The notes under the pieces were generated by a model. That model did no database searches, was not told the DNA's origin, and worked only from the letters and a program-made list of their open reading frames with translations. A stretch of 64,000 nucleotides of DNA from Anaeromyces robustus (lineage: Eukaryota). Positions 1 through 23,934 of this stretch are shown here, piece by piece (within the stretch, counting starts at the first letter, position 1; every line of letters starts with the position of its first letter). The stretch lies in the NCBI GenBank assembly GCA_002104895.1, contig MCFG01000104.1, positions 62,001-126,000 of the forward strand. Direction: 5' to 3'. The translations under genes and the position numbers were made by a program.

Positions 1-1213
1 ACTGGAATTATTACTACCTCCATGGATAGCTTTTGGATACATGTTCATATTATTAAGGTTATTCATTGAATTACTTAAATTATTATTCATATTATTCATA
101 TTATTATTATTATTATCTAGTTCATTATAGTTATGATAGTCTTCAAATAAATTATTTTTAGAATTAGCTAATGATCTTTGCGGTGTATTAGATCTTGATG
201 TTGGTAAAGAACTAACTTTTACTTTAAATTGTTTATTATGTTGGGTTGGTGAATTGTCTATATCCTTTGACATATTTAAACCTTGAAGATGAGTTGGTGT
301 ATTTGAAGTATCCATAAATTTTCCACTATGTGGAGAATAATTTTGACTACTAGGAGTTGTATTTGAGTATCTTGGAAGAAATGAATTGGTATTTATATTA
401 TTTTGACGACTACTAGTGTCCATCATATTGGATAATGAATCTTGATAGTGTGGATTTTCAGACTTTAATGTTTGAATAAGTTGAAATAAACCTAAATTTT
501 ATTCAATTAAATAATAAAATATTATTATTAAAGAATTATGAATATATTTGGTATTTATATAAATATATATATTTATTTTATTAAAAAACTTTTTAAAATA
601 AAATAAAATAAAATAAAATAAAATAAAATAAAATAAAATAAAATAAAATAAAATAAAATAAAATAAAATAAAATAAAATAAAATAAAATAAAATAAAATA
701 AAATAAAATAAAATAAAATAAAATAAAATAAAATAAAATAAAATAAAATAAAATAAAATAAAATAAAATAAAATAAAATAAAATAAAATAAAATAAAATA
801 AAATAAAATAAAATAAAATAAAATAAAATAGAATAGTATATAATGTATTTCGTTCTTTTAATCTTGTATATTTTAAATTACGTTTTCTATCATCCATTGA
901 ATTTACTCCAAGCATGGAATAATCTTGCATACTAAGTTTTGTGAGTGCATCTAATTGCGTTATTCCATGGTAACAAAAACTTGCCTAAAAATTAAATTAT
1001 ATATATATTTAATAAATTAACAATATTATATAAAATATTTAATATATATAAAACATACGTAATGATGATCCAGTTGTGCACTTCTCAAAGTTCTAAATTA
1101 TATATTAGTGTATATATATTAATTAAAAAATTTTTTTATTTATAATATGAAATATTCTATATATTCTATATATTATATATTCATTACTCTAATAATTGTG
1201 TGGGTGCTGACAT
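1..1213 (-). CDS. KIF24: N-terminal part of a SAM-domain protein, KIF24-like kinesin-13 (gene runs off the left end)
   Basis: Hand-spliced GT-AG exons (about 1213-1188, 1072-1039, 984-882, 491-1) give MSAPTQLLETLRSAQLDHHYASFCYHGITQLDALTKLSMQDYSMLGVNSMDDRKRLFQLIQTLKSEN. This closely resembles the remembered N-terminal SAM domain of KIF24 (MKDYSKLGVHDMNDRKRLFQLI). An in-frame upstream ATG at 1219 is possible. The motor domain is not in the window. Confidence 0.72.
594..829 (+). repeat. (AAAAT)n microsatellite in intron 3 of the KIF24-like gene
   Basis: Perfect pentamer run read directly; it produces the spurious FYFIL ORF 499..930. Confidence 0.97.
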
Positions 1214-1330
1214 GTTCATTAAGTCTAATATTATAATCTTATAATCTTGTAATATAATAAAACTATTTTGAGATAGCAATCAAGTACTTTATTATATAAA
1301 TACAAATAAAGAAAATTGTCTATTTAATCG

Positions 1331-1362
<32 letters not shown>

Positions 1363-3070
1363 TTACTGTTAGATATATTATTATTGATAATAAATATTTT
1401 TAGATATTTTTTTTTCAAATGTAGTCAATTATATAATAATCTATTTTTTTTTAATTATTAAATAGAAATATATAAAAGAAATTTCAATTTTTTGTATATA
1501 CTTTTTTTTTATTTTTAATTTTATATACTAAAATAGTCTATATTATAGAGCATTTAATTATAACACTGTTTCTCGAAATTTTATATTTATATTAATAATT
1601 ATAAAATTGAAATGATTTCTTTTTTATTATTGTTTTCTTAATATACTACAATAGATTAAAATATATATATATATATATATTTTTTTTTGGAAAAAAATAA
1701 TAAAAATATTTTAGATATTTATATTTAACGATTTTAAATATATATAATAATTAAATTTTTAAAAAAAAATAATTTTATGCAAAAATAATAATGAATATTA
1801 ATATGTTTTCACACTTTAATCATTTAAAATAAATATTTAATTTTGTAATTACCCTTTTATAAATTACATACTTATATAAATAAATAAATAAATAAATAAA
1901 TAAATTATTTATTTTTCATTGAAATAAGGCATTTATTATATTCAACTGGGAAAAAATAAATGCAAATATAGAAAAAGAAAAATAAATTAATTTATCCAAA
2001 ATTTTCTTAAATGAATACAGATGAAAGTATTTAAACTATAAATCATAAATAAAATAAAATAAAATAAAATAAAATAAAATAAAATAAAATAAATAAAAAA
2101 GAAAATATAGCAAATAAAAGTTTAAAAAATGAAATAACTAAAAAAAAAGTATATAAAAATTTATATTTTAATATATAATTAATAATAAAAATTAAGTATT
2201 ATATAAAGTTAATATATATAATATATATATTAAATATTATTATTTATTATTTATTTATTTTTCCAGATTTTTTTATATTTTTCTTTTAATTTTTTTTTTA
2301 ATATTTTATATGTTTTTTTTTATATAAAAATGGAAACTAAAATTTAATATAGATAGTGTAAATAATAATATTAAATAATGTATTGAATAATATATTGGAA
2401 TGTAATGAAATATATAATATAGAGCAATATAATAATTTGAATCTTATTTTTTTTAAATTAAAAAAAAAAAAAAAAAACAACATTAAAATAAAATATATAT
2501 ATATAAACAAATCTTCTTTAAATTAATTTAATATATGTAAATTTATAGAAATCAATGTATTCATATATATGTTAAAAATGTAAAAATTCACCATAACAGT
2601 ACGATGATATGATGATTTATTAATGATAAAAACTATGCTCTATATTTAATATAATAGAATTTTTAAAATAAATGGAATACTAGTAATAATTAATATTTTA
2701 ACATAATTTTAAATAATATCAGTGTGTTTTATACCAAAAATATTTTTATTGCTTTTTATAGGTTTAATATTGATTTTACTTACTTTTGATACATATACTG
2801 TTATGAATATATATATTTTTTTTTCATAGAAACAAAATATATTGCATACTTTTCTATGAATTTTGTTATTTTAAAAACAAAAAATTTTTAAAAGCATTAA
2901 CGGTAGGTATGAGGAATAGTTAAAAATTTTTAATTATTATTATAATAATTAAAAATCACCTACATTGATACAAAAAATAATGTAGGTAATTTTAAATACG
3001 TAATATTAATAATGGATATTCCAACCAATTTTTAACAAATTAGTATTTATAGTGAAGATAAATAAATAAG

Positions 3071-3126
<56 letters not shown>

Positions 3127-3443
3127 AAATAAATAAATAATAAATAAATAAATTAATTAATCAATTAAATACAATTATATAAATGAATAAATATATAAGT
3201 AAATGAATAAATAAATAATTAAAAAATTAAATAATAAATAATTAAATAAATACTAAAAAGTGAATAAATGGATAAATAATAATAAATAAATTGGTTAAAA
3301 TTTTTAGTTATTGATTAATAACTTAAAATATTATATTATTTGTATATATATATTATCATAAAAAATTATTTTTTTTATATACATATATAAAATATTTTAA
3401 AAGTTCTGATTATAACTATATACTATATAAGATTTCATTTAAA

Positions 3444-3669
3444 ATGGGCGATGGAGGGTTCTTTAAAGTAAGATATTCAATTATTTATATTAATATAATC
3501 GATATTTATATTATTGATAGAAAATTATTTTTAATTTTCAAATTTTCATTGAAAATAATATATTATAAATTATTATTAATTAAATTATTAATATAAAATA
3601 ATTTGACTGCGAAGTTTTTTTTTTTTCCTTTTTACATTAGTTATATATTATCTATTAATTACAATTACA

Positions 3670-3711
<42 letters not shown>

Positions 3712-5995
3712 ATTATTATTATAATTATTATTATTATTATGTAAATTATTCATTTTATTGTCAAAACAATTTTCGTGTGGTGTATTAATCAATATGAATA
3801 GATAAAGGAATAAATGATCGTATTAGTTTTTTTTTATTTAAATATATTTTTAAAAAGACATGTATTAATTTTCAATTTTTTATTTAATTCTTAAGGGTAC
3901 TAGTTCTGAACAGGATAATCGATTCAGTGATAAAACAAAAAAGCAATTAAAGAACATGAGCTTTCCTTCAATTTTTAATAAAAAAGTATAAAATAATGAA
4001 TAATTTAATTTTTATTTTTTTATTTTCATTAAAAATTAAAAATTTTATTATTATTATTATTATTAATTATTTATTTATATATTTATTGTTAATATAATTT
4101 AAAAAAAGGTAAATTTAAAAAAAGTTAATATGCCAACTATACAGCAATGGATAAGAAAAAGAGTAATTGAAATTCTTGGAATGGAGGATGATGTATTAAT
4201 TAATTATATATATGAAACTTTGGAAGAATCCTCAGTAAGTTTATTTTTTATATAAATTTTAATATATTAATGGGTAATTATATTTATATTTGAAAATATG
4301 TCAATTTATTATTAATTAATATTATAAATTTTTAGAGTCCAGATCCAAAATTATTACAATTAAATTTAACTGGCTTTCTTGAAAAAAATGCAGCTTCTTT
4401 TGTTCACGATCTTTGGAAACTAATTTTATCTGCTCAGGATGGTATTGCAGGTATTCCTAAAGAACAAATTGATGCTAAGATAAAAGAAATTCAAAAGCAA
4501 GAAGTAATTATTATTATATATTTTTTTATAAATATTTAAATTTTAGTATTAATTATTTAAATAATAATAGGCAGAAAGAGCACGAATTGCAAATGAACTA
4601 TTATTAAGGCGAGAGAAAGAAGAAAATGAACGGCGAGAACGGGAAAGAATAAGAGAGAAAGAAAAAAAGGTAGATATATTAAAAATAGAGTTAAATTTTA
4701 AATATATGTATAATTTTTATTTATTATTATTATATATGTTTATAAAAATTTTTTATATTGTATGCTGCAAAAAATATTATATTTAATATTATTTGTCAAT
4801 TGATATTTTATATCAATATTAATATTTATTTAATATTTATTTATTTGTATATTATATGTAATAGGAAAGAGAAGAGCTTAGAAATAGGGAAAGAAGCCGT
4901 AAAAGTGTAAGTCGAAGTTATGAACATAAAAGTAGACATAGATATAGTCGCAGTCGCAGTCGCAGTCGTAGTCGTAGCCATAATCGTAGTAGATATCATG
5001 ATGACCATAGAAGATACAGTCGTCATAGTCATAGTCATCATAAAAGCAGAAATAGAAGCAGAAGTAAAAATAGAAATAGAAGTAGAAGTAGAAGTAGAAG
5101 TAGAAGTAGAAGTAGAAGTAGAAGTAGAAGTAGATCAAATGATGGAGGTCGTAATAAAGAATCCAAAGACATTAAAGAAGAAAAATTAAATAATAAACAA
5201 GAAATTGAAGAAAATAAAGAAATTAGTGATAAAAAAAATAAAACGGTAGTTGATGATATTGATGAGGATGAATTAAGTCTTGAAGAGAATGAATTATATA
5301 AAAATGATGAAGAAGATGGAAATGATTTAGGAGGAGATATGGATTTAGTAAATGAAGATATGACAGTAAAAGTATTACCAGATGATAATGAAAACAAAAG
5401 AAATAAAAAAATAGATAAAAATGATAAAATAAAAGATAATAATGATAGTGGAACAGATAATTCAGATTCCGGATCAGATATTGATGAGAAGGTATCTAAA
5501 GTTAAAAATCAAGATCATCGTGAACGTAGTCGTAATAAAAGTAAAAGTAGAAGTAGAAGTCGTAGTAATAGTCGTTCTAAAAAATCATCAAATAGAAGTA
5601 AGAGTAGAAGATATTATAGTCATTCAAAATCAAGGTTATCAAGGTCAAGACATGAATCGAAAACATCATCAAAGAGTAGAAGCCGTAGTAGAAGTAGAAA
5701 TCGTCACCATAGTCATCATAGTAGCAGAAGTCGTCATCATAGATCATCGAGAAGAGATAATGAAGAAAAAAAAAAATCAAATAGAAATAATGATGATGAA
5801 AATAATAAAGATAAAGAAATTTCAAAAAATGAATCTGAAAAATATAAAAGCAAAACATCTAAAAAACGTGATTATGATAGTAATAATGAAAATGAAGAAC
5901 ATAATTCTGATGTAGAACACTCAGATATTGATAACAATGATAATAATATTTCAAATAAAAAGAGGAAAGTTGATTACAATTCCGAATCAGATTAA
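3444..5995 (+). CDS. SRRM1: SRm160/SRRM1-like PWI-domain RS splicing factor
   Basis: Spliced N-terminus MGDGGFFK|GTSSEQDNRFSDK...KKVNMPTIQQWIRKRVIEILGMEDDVLINYI...PDPKLLQLNLTGFLEKNAASFVHDLWKLILSAQ is a canonical PWI domain. It is followed by RS dipeptide repeats, with the stop at 5993-5995. Confidence 0.93.
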
Positions 5996-6288
5996 GTAAA
6001 ATTTTGATTTATTATTATAAAACTGTTATTATTATTATTATTATTGTTATTATTAATATTATTATTATTTTTAATGTGCATATTCTTAATATCAAGTATA
6101 ATAAGTTCAAATTAAATTATTTATATTATAAATTCGTAATTTTTTATAGTTTTAATAATTTAAACATTGTTTTTCATAATTATTTAATATATAGAACGAA
6201 AAAAATATTTTTTTAATTTATAATTTTTACCTCAACAAATTTTTTAATATAATGCATTGTTAAACTTAATAATATTATTAATTTCTAC

Positions 6289-6493
<205 letters not shown>

Positions 6494-7704
6494 TTCCAGT
6501 TATAAAAATGAAGTTATTATTTAAAAAATATTAATTAAATAATAAAAAATATAAAGACTTATATTATTTTCATTTTATATATACATATACTCAAATAAAT
6601 TTTACATTAAACAATAATATGATTTTAATTGTAAAGTATTTTTATATCTTTGTTAATATACAATAATTTTAATTTTCATAATTATAATTAAAGAAATAAT
6701 AAATCATTAATATTAAAAAAAAAAAAAAAAAATAAGGAAATAATTAGAATTAATTTATTGAGTAAAGTTATTTGAATGCTGAGTAATGAATTAATATCTA
6801 TAATCATTGACCTTAATTTTTAATCAATTTAATATATATATAATTTTATGGTAGTATTAATATTATTTTTAATAATGATTATCAACATTATAAATTTCAT
6901 ATATTTTATATATAAAGTGCTTATTTTAAAAAAAATACATTTCATTAAAAATTATTTAATATATTTTGGATTAATAGAATTTAATAATTTATTTAACTTT
7001 TTGGATTAATAGAATTTAATAATTTATTTAACTTTTATTATAATTAAATATATATATATATAATAGAATTATAAAATACATACATACATACATAAATAAA
7101 TAAATAAATAAATAAAATAAATAAAAAAAATAAATAAATAAAATAAATAAATAAATAAATATATATACATATATAATAATGATAATAATAATAAACTGTC
7201 AAAATTATTATAACTATCAAAACTTAGAATATTTATTATAAAATAATAATTATTCATATTTTTATTAACTAATAAATAATATGAATATAGAATATAGGGA
7301 AAAAATTATAAAAATAAAAAATTAAAATGTTAATATTTATTTACTAGATTGTTTTTATTAACAATGTTACAAAAAAAAAATAATAAAATTTTATCATTAC
7401 AATTGACTATTTTTATAAAATATATTGTCTAATTTTTAATTAAATAAACAAATAAAAAAAAAAAAGAATTATCAAAGATTATTTATTAATGTAATGAAAA
7501 AGAAAAATAATATAGTTTCAACTTTATTATTAATTTATAGTTTTTTTAAATTATATGGTTATACTTTAGATATTAAAAAACAAATAAAACTATATAATTA
7601 CATCTATTTTTTTAAAAAAATTTTTTAAATAATTATTATTATTATTTTTTTTTTTTTTTTAATTTTTATTTTTATTATATTTTGAAAAAAATTTTTTATG
7701 CAAA

Positions 7705-15168
<7,464 letters not shown>

Positions 15169-15563
15169 ATCATAATATGTTAATAGAATGAATATAATAT
15201 GAGAACAATATAAACAACATAAATAACATTAAAAATAAAAAAATATATATATTAAAAGAATTACAATAATTTATATTAATTTATATTAATTTGAAATTAA
15301 ATGTAATATTAGATAGAATTTTCTATATAAATATTATAAAAAATATGTAAATTGTAAAAAGTTCTTATAAATATAATTTTAATAAACACTTATATAAAAA
15401 ACATTTAAATTTAATAAAAAAATAAAGGTTAAATTTTATATTTATTAAAATTATTACTTTTTTCAATTATATTGATTTTCTATTGGTTGATTATATTTTT
15501 ATTTTTTATTGATTAATTTTTTTTTTTTTATGAATATAATTTTTTTATTAAAACTAATAAAAA

Positions 15564-18365
<2,802 letters not shown>

Positions 18366-18848
18366 AAATGAATAAATTTCTTTTTCATTAAAATAGTACA
18401 AAGAAAAATAATATAAATTAATATTAAATATTGATAATATTAATTTATATTTATAAAATATAAATTAATAGAAATTATATATAAGTAATGTATAAATATT
18501 ATATAAAAATAAAATTACAAACGTATTGTTATATTTATTAATTATTTTTTTTATTATAATATACATTTTTTTCATAATTATTAATTAAATCAAAATCATA
18601 TAAATAAATGAAATAATATAGTATTAAATAAATAAAACTAAATTGAATCAGAATAATGAATATTATTGTAATAATAATATATAAAAGGATACATGAATTA
18701 TAAAGTATAAATTATAAATCATTATTGTTATTATTGTTAGTTCTATAGCTATTATTATTGCTATTATTATAATTATTATTGTTATTAATTATTTTATCAT
18801 TATTATGTTTATTATTATTTATTATATTTATTTTATTTATTTTAAATT

Positions 18849-21800
18849 TTAAACATTTGAATTATTATTTAAAAATTTTGGTGAATAATTTTTTATATTT
18901 AATAATAAATTTTTACTTGACAAATTATTTCCCTTTTTTTTAGTATTATTTATAAGAGTAAATGTATTATCTTGATTAATTGAAAATGTGTTATTAATAT
19001 TCATTTTCTTGTTAATATATGAATAATTATTATCAGTAATATATTGTTGATCGTTTGAAATATAATTATTATTAGTATTATTATGGTTATAATTAATATT
19101 GGAATTAAGAGTATTAAAAGTAGTTTCATTAGCAGTAATATTAGAGGTATTAGCTATACTAGTATTATTATTATTGATATTTTCATCGTTATTGTCAATA
19201 TTATTAATATTATTATTTTTATTATTACTATTTTCAGCATTTTCATTATTGTTTCTATTTAATTCATCATATATATTAGTATTAATGTTTTCTGAAAATT
19301 TTGAAGAATAATTTATATTTTTTAAATCAAAATTTAAATCAACATAGTTAGAAAAAGTGTTTTTACTTTTTTCTTTATTTAATTTATATTTCTTTTTTAA
19401 TAATTTCTTCTTGCGAGTAAGCTTATGATATAATTTTTTATCTTTATCTTTATCAATCTTTTCATTAGAATTCAAGCATTCCAATTTAGTTGACATACAT
19501 GTTGGAAGATTATTATCATTAATATTTTTGTCATGATAATTAATTTTATTATTTTGTGAAGGGTTAATAATTATATTATCTATATTAAATGCTTCTTTTG
19601 AATTATTTTCATCATTATTATTTCTTTTCTTATTTTTATATATATTTCTTTTTTTTGTTTTGTAGATGTCATCTTTAAAACCTTTTGCATGAGGATTATA
19701 ATTTTTCTTTAATTGATTAACTTTTTCATTTTGATAATGAGTAACAGCTAAAAATTTTGTTTCCTGAAAAGTAATTGTAGAAATATATTTTTTGTTGTTT
19801 TCATGTCGAATTAAATAAAGACATGGTTCATACATAAAAAATGACGATAAATAAAAATGATTTTCAGGAAGTTTAGCTATAGAATTAATAATATTAAATT
19901 TTGTAGAATTTCTTTTGGAGTGAGAATCATGTTTTTTATCTGTAATAATATCATCATTATATTCTTCCAACATATCTGATTTTTTTGTAGAGATACCTTC
20001 AGAAATATTTTTTATATGATTTGTTAATTTTATTTTAGAAAAAGAAATACCATGAGTCATCCAAAAATGTCCTACAATTTTTTTTAATCAATATAAAAGT
20101 AAAAAAAGAAAATTATTCATGATAAATAATAATAAATATAGTGTACTAAGTTTTTTTTTTTTTTTTTAAAAATTTTTTTAATTAATAAATATTTAATAGA
20201 AACAAAAAAAAATATTTTTTAATCTTTTTTCTTTATATATAAAATATATATATAATAAACTTCGTTATATTTTTTATACTATTTTTTTTATATTTTATTT
20301 ATAAAGTAGATATATTATATAATATAATAAAAAACCTGTTTGTGGAGAATCTGGATGATAATATTCTTTTTTTTGAGTTGGAGGTGCGAAAAATTTAACA
20401 TCTCCTGAGATCCATTTTTTATCTCTATATTTATATTTATATGGTGATGCTTGTATAATATCAATAGCAAAGGAATATTGACATTTAGGTTCCAAGTTAA
20501 TTGGTTGGAATCTCAATATAGGAAAAAGACATCTACCTGATTTAGTAATGATCATTTCATTAATGACAGAATTAAATTTTTTCCATAAATCAGCATCTTC
20601 TAATACAATCACAAATGGTGAAGATGTATCTTTAATAATATCATTACTATTTATAATACTGGAATTCATTTTTAGGTTTAGATTTAAACATGTATTATTT
20701 TTAATGTTATAATTTTTTATATATTTATTGTTATTACTAGATATATAATTATTATTATCATTTTCATTAGAGCTGTTTTCATCATTATCCTTATTTTTAC
20801 CAATACTTTTTATATCATAATTTTCAAAAATATCCATTAAATCATCACCATTTAATTTAAACTCAGGTTTTGATTTTATTTCATTGTTATTATTACTATT
20901 GATGTTATTATTATTGTTGATATTATTATAGTTATTAGTATTACTATTACAGTTATTTTCATAATTACTTGTATTATTATTATTAGAATCAAAAATTAAT
21001 TGTTTTGAATTGCTTAAAGATGAAATAGAGCTTAATGACTTTACAGAAGAAGAAAATTCTTTTATATAATCTGATTCAATTTCATTTTTCATTAATGAAG
21101 GTGATGACAAAGAAAATATTGAATCACTTAAGGATGAAAATTTTTCAGAATTTTCTTTTTCTTTATTTTCAAAATTTAATAAAGATTGACAACTTGAAGA
21201 ATTTTTTAAAATTTCTCTTTAATATAAATAATAGTATATATTTATTAGATATTAAATAAATAATATATATTTAATATTATATATATATTTTTTTTGAATA
21301 ATTATTAAAAAATTTAAAAAGGTTAAGGCTAAAGTATTTATAATATTTACCTTTTAAAATGCTTACGTTTTTTTAATCTATTTCTTATTCTTTCTTTCTT
21401 TAACTTATTTACTTTGTGTAATTGTTTTTTATTTAAATATTTTTTGTAATTTAACATTATATTATTACTATCTTTTTCAGAAAATACTATATTGTCTTCA
21501 CTATTATCATATAATATATCATTATTATCATTAGTTATTTTATTATTATATTTCTTGTTTTCAATTCTGTTTTCATTAAATATTGGACCAGTATTATTAT
21601 TATATTCGTTTTTATTGTCATAATTATTATTATCATTATTATTAAGAATTAGACTAGGAGTATTTAATAATATAGGATTATTATATGAAGTATCATAAAT
21701 ATTCATAAAGTCTTTAAGATCTTGATCTAAAAAATTATTTGGATCATTTTTTTCATCTATATATATATTATCATTTAGCTTTAAAAAATTATTAGATTTT

Positions 21801-23934
21801 AAATCATAATTATAAGGATAACTAAAAGAATCTAATGTTGATTTATTTATTAAATCTATATTTAAAAAGGGGTCTGTACTAATATTCGACGACAAAAGTT
21901 TTGAAGGATTAGTAAATGAATGGTTATATAATGGAGTTTGTTTTTGAAATAAATAATTTGAATTTAACGATATATTATTATCCGTATTAGAAGTGAAGTT
22001 TAACTGATTATTAGAATTAAGGGTATTAAATGAACAATTTGAGTTTTTTAAAAAATTGGAAGAGGAAGGATAATTAATTTCATTAGAAGGAAGAAAATTA
22101 ATTTCATTAGAACTATTTAATGTAGAAAGTATATTATTATTACTAATATGATTATTATTATTATCTTCAAATAAAGTTTGTATATTACCTATATAAATAT
22201 TTATTTTTTTATTGTTAATGATACACATTAATATAACATTAAAAAATACATATATATATATATATATTTCTTTTATATTTGTATTTATTTTTATTAATTA
22301 TTTATATATTTAATATTATTTATTAATTAAAAATATTTTATTTAATAATAAATTATTAGATTCTTTATAATAAATGTAATATACTAAATTAATGGTAATA
22401 ACAAAAAAAAAAAAAAAGTCAAATGAAATATAATAATAATCAATAATATCATAATTACTATTATTATCTTTCAAATAACTTGTAAAATTTTCATTAATTG
22501 AATTTTGATTTAAAAAAGAATTAGATAATAAATTATTTTGATTTTGATTTCCAGACAAATAATTATTATTTATATTTTGACTTGTATTAGCATTCCATAG
22601 AATCGTAGGAGCTAATAATGAATTTAGACTATTATTTATTGTAGTCGAATTAATTTTTAAATTTATAGGATAAGTGCTATTTTTATGATTCATATTAGTT
22701 AAATTTATATTAGAAAGTGAAATATTATTTGAAGGGGAAATATTAAATGGTGCAATATAATTTTGATTAAAATTATTTGATAATGGGTCATTTATTAATT
22801 GAGAATTAGGATTATTAGAAATTTCATTAAGTAATTTATAATTTAATATATTTTGGGAAGAAGTAGATGATTTATTACTTTGTAATTTATCATATTCATG
22901 CTCAATAGGGTAGTAAGATAAATTGTTTGAATTACAATTACAGATTGAATCAGTATTATTTATTGGTTCATTTTGAGAATTATCTTGATATTGAAGAAAG
23001 TCAAACGGAAATATATCTATAAATAAATATATATATAAATGAATATTAATATATATTAATATATAATTACAAATATACATATATATATATTAAAAATGTT
23101 GATTTATTTTTATAATTTATCTTTTTTTTTTATTCTTATATAGAACTATCATTATTACAAAATAATATTTTAAATAAATAAAAATAAGAATTAAATATTA
23201 AATATATTACCTTCAAAGAAGTTGTCATTAATATTATCCATGAGATCATTAATTTCTTTATTTTCCGTAGTTTTATTATCAAAATTCTGACGAATTAAAG
23301 TGTTTTCATTTAAGGTTAAAGGTCTATTATTTATATTCATTGGAATAGCTTTAATTTCATTATTACTATTAATGCTAGAGTTATCTTTAAAACTAATAAT
23401 AGGACTAATAATCATTTCATGCTCAAAATCATTTTTAATATTAAGTTTATTTGTTTTTGTATCATTAGATAATAAGTTTCTTTCATTTTGACATATTAAG
23501 TTTTTTTCATGTTTGTTTTCCGTAATATTATTAACTGGACTTTCATAAGTATTTTCTAATTTATTTTCAATATTAAAGTGGTTAATATTAATAATATTTT
23601 TTTCATCCATTTTTTCATTTTCTAAAACATTCAAATGTTCTTTTTTGTTAGATTCCATGAAAATTGGTTTTAAAAATGGACTTTTATTTTCTTTGTCATA
23701 TTTTTTTTTCAATGATTCATTCATTGTTTCATCGTTCTCAGTAAAAATTGGAAAAAAATTATTTTCATAATTCATTGAGTTTAAATTTTTAAGATCATAA
23801 TTTGTTTTGTTTTTTTCTTTTAAAAAAGAATTCTTCTTTGATAATGAAAAATTATTTGAATTATTGTTATTTGATTCTGATAAATTAGTAAAATCTATTA
23901 AATTATTATCAGCTCTTTTGTTTTTTAATAACAT
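18849..23934 (-). CDS. T-box transcription factor with long Asn-rich flanks
   Basis: Five in-phase exons match ORFs 23191..23934, 22316..23080, 21347..22228, 20295..21110 and 18849..20060. T-box motifs: LEDADLWKKF..EMIITKSGRCLFP, YHPDSPQTG|HFWMTHGISFSKIKLTN, YEPCLYLI, TFQETKFLAVTHYQNEKVNQLKKNYNPHAKGFKD. The exact 3' end is less certain. Confidence 0.93.

Noticed and set aside
499..930. 143-aa ORF with FYFIL repeats
   Set aside because: Only the first ~16 codons are a real exon; the rest is an intronic (AAAAT)n microsatellite.
4841..5915. Alternative-frame and antisense ORFs (VEVE, YFYF, poly-L) over SRRM1
   Set aside because: Shadows of the AGTAGA (RS) coding repeats.
6964..7036. 35-bp tandem duplication (a similar ~39-bp repeat lies near 52306-52395)
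   Set aside because: Ordinary local slippage duplication with no sign of function.
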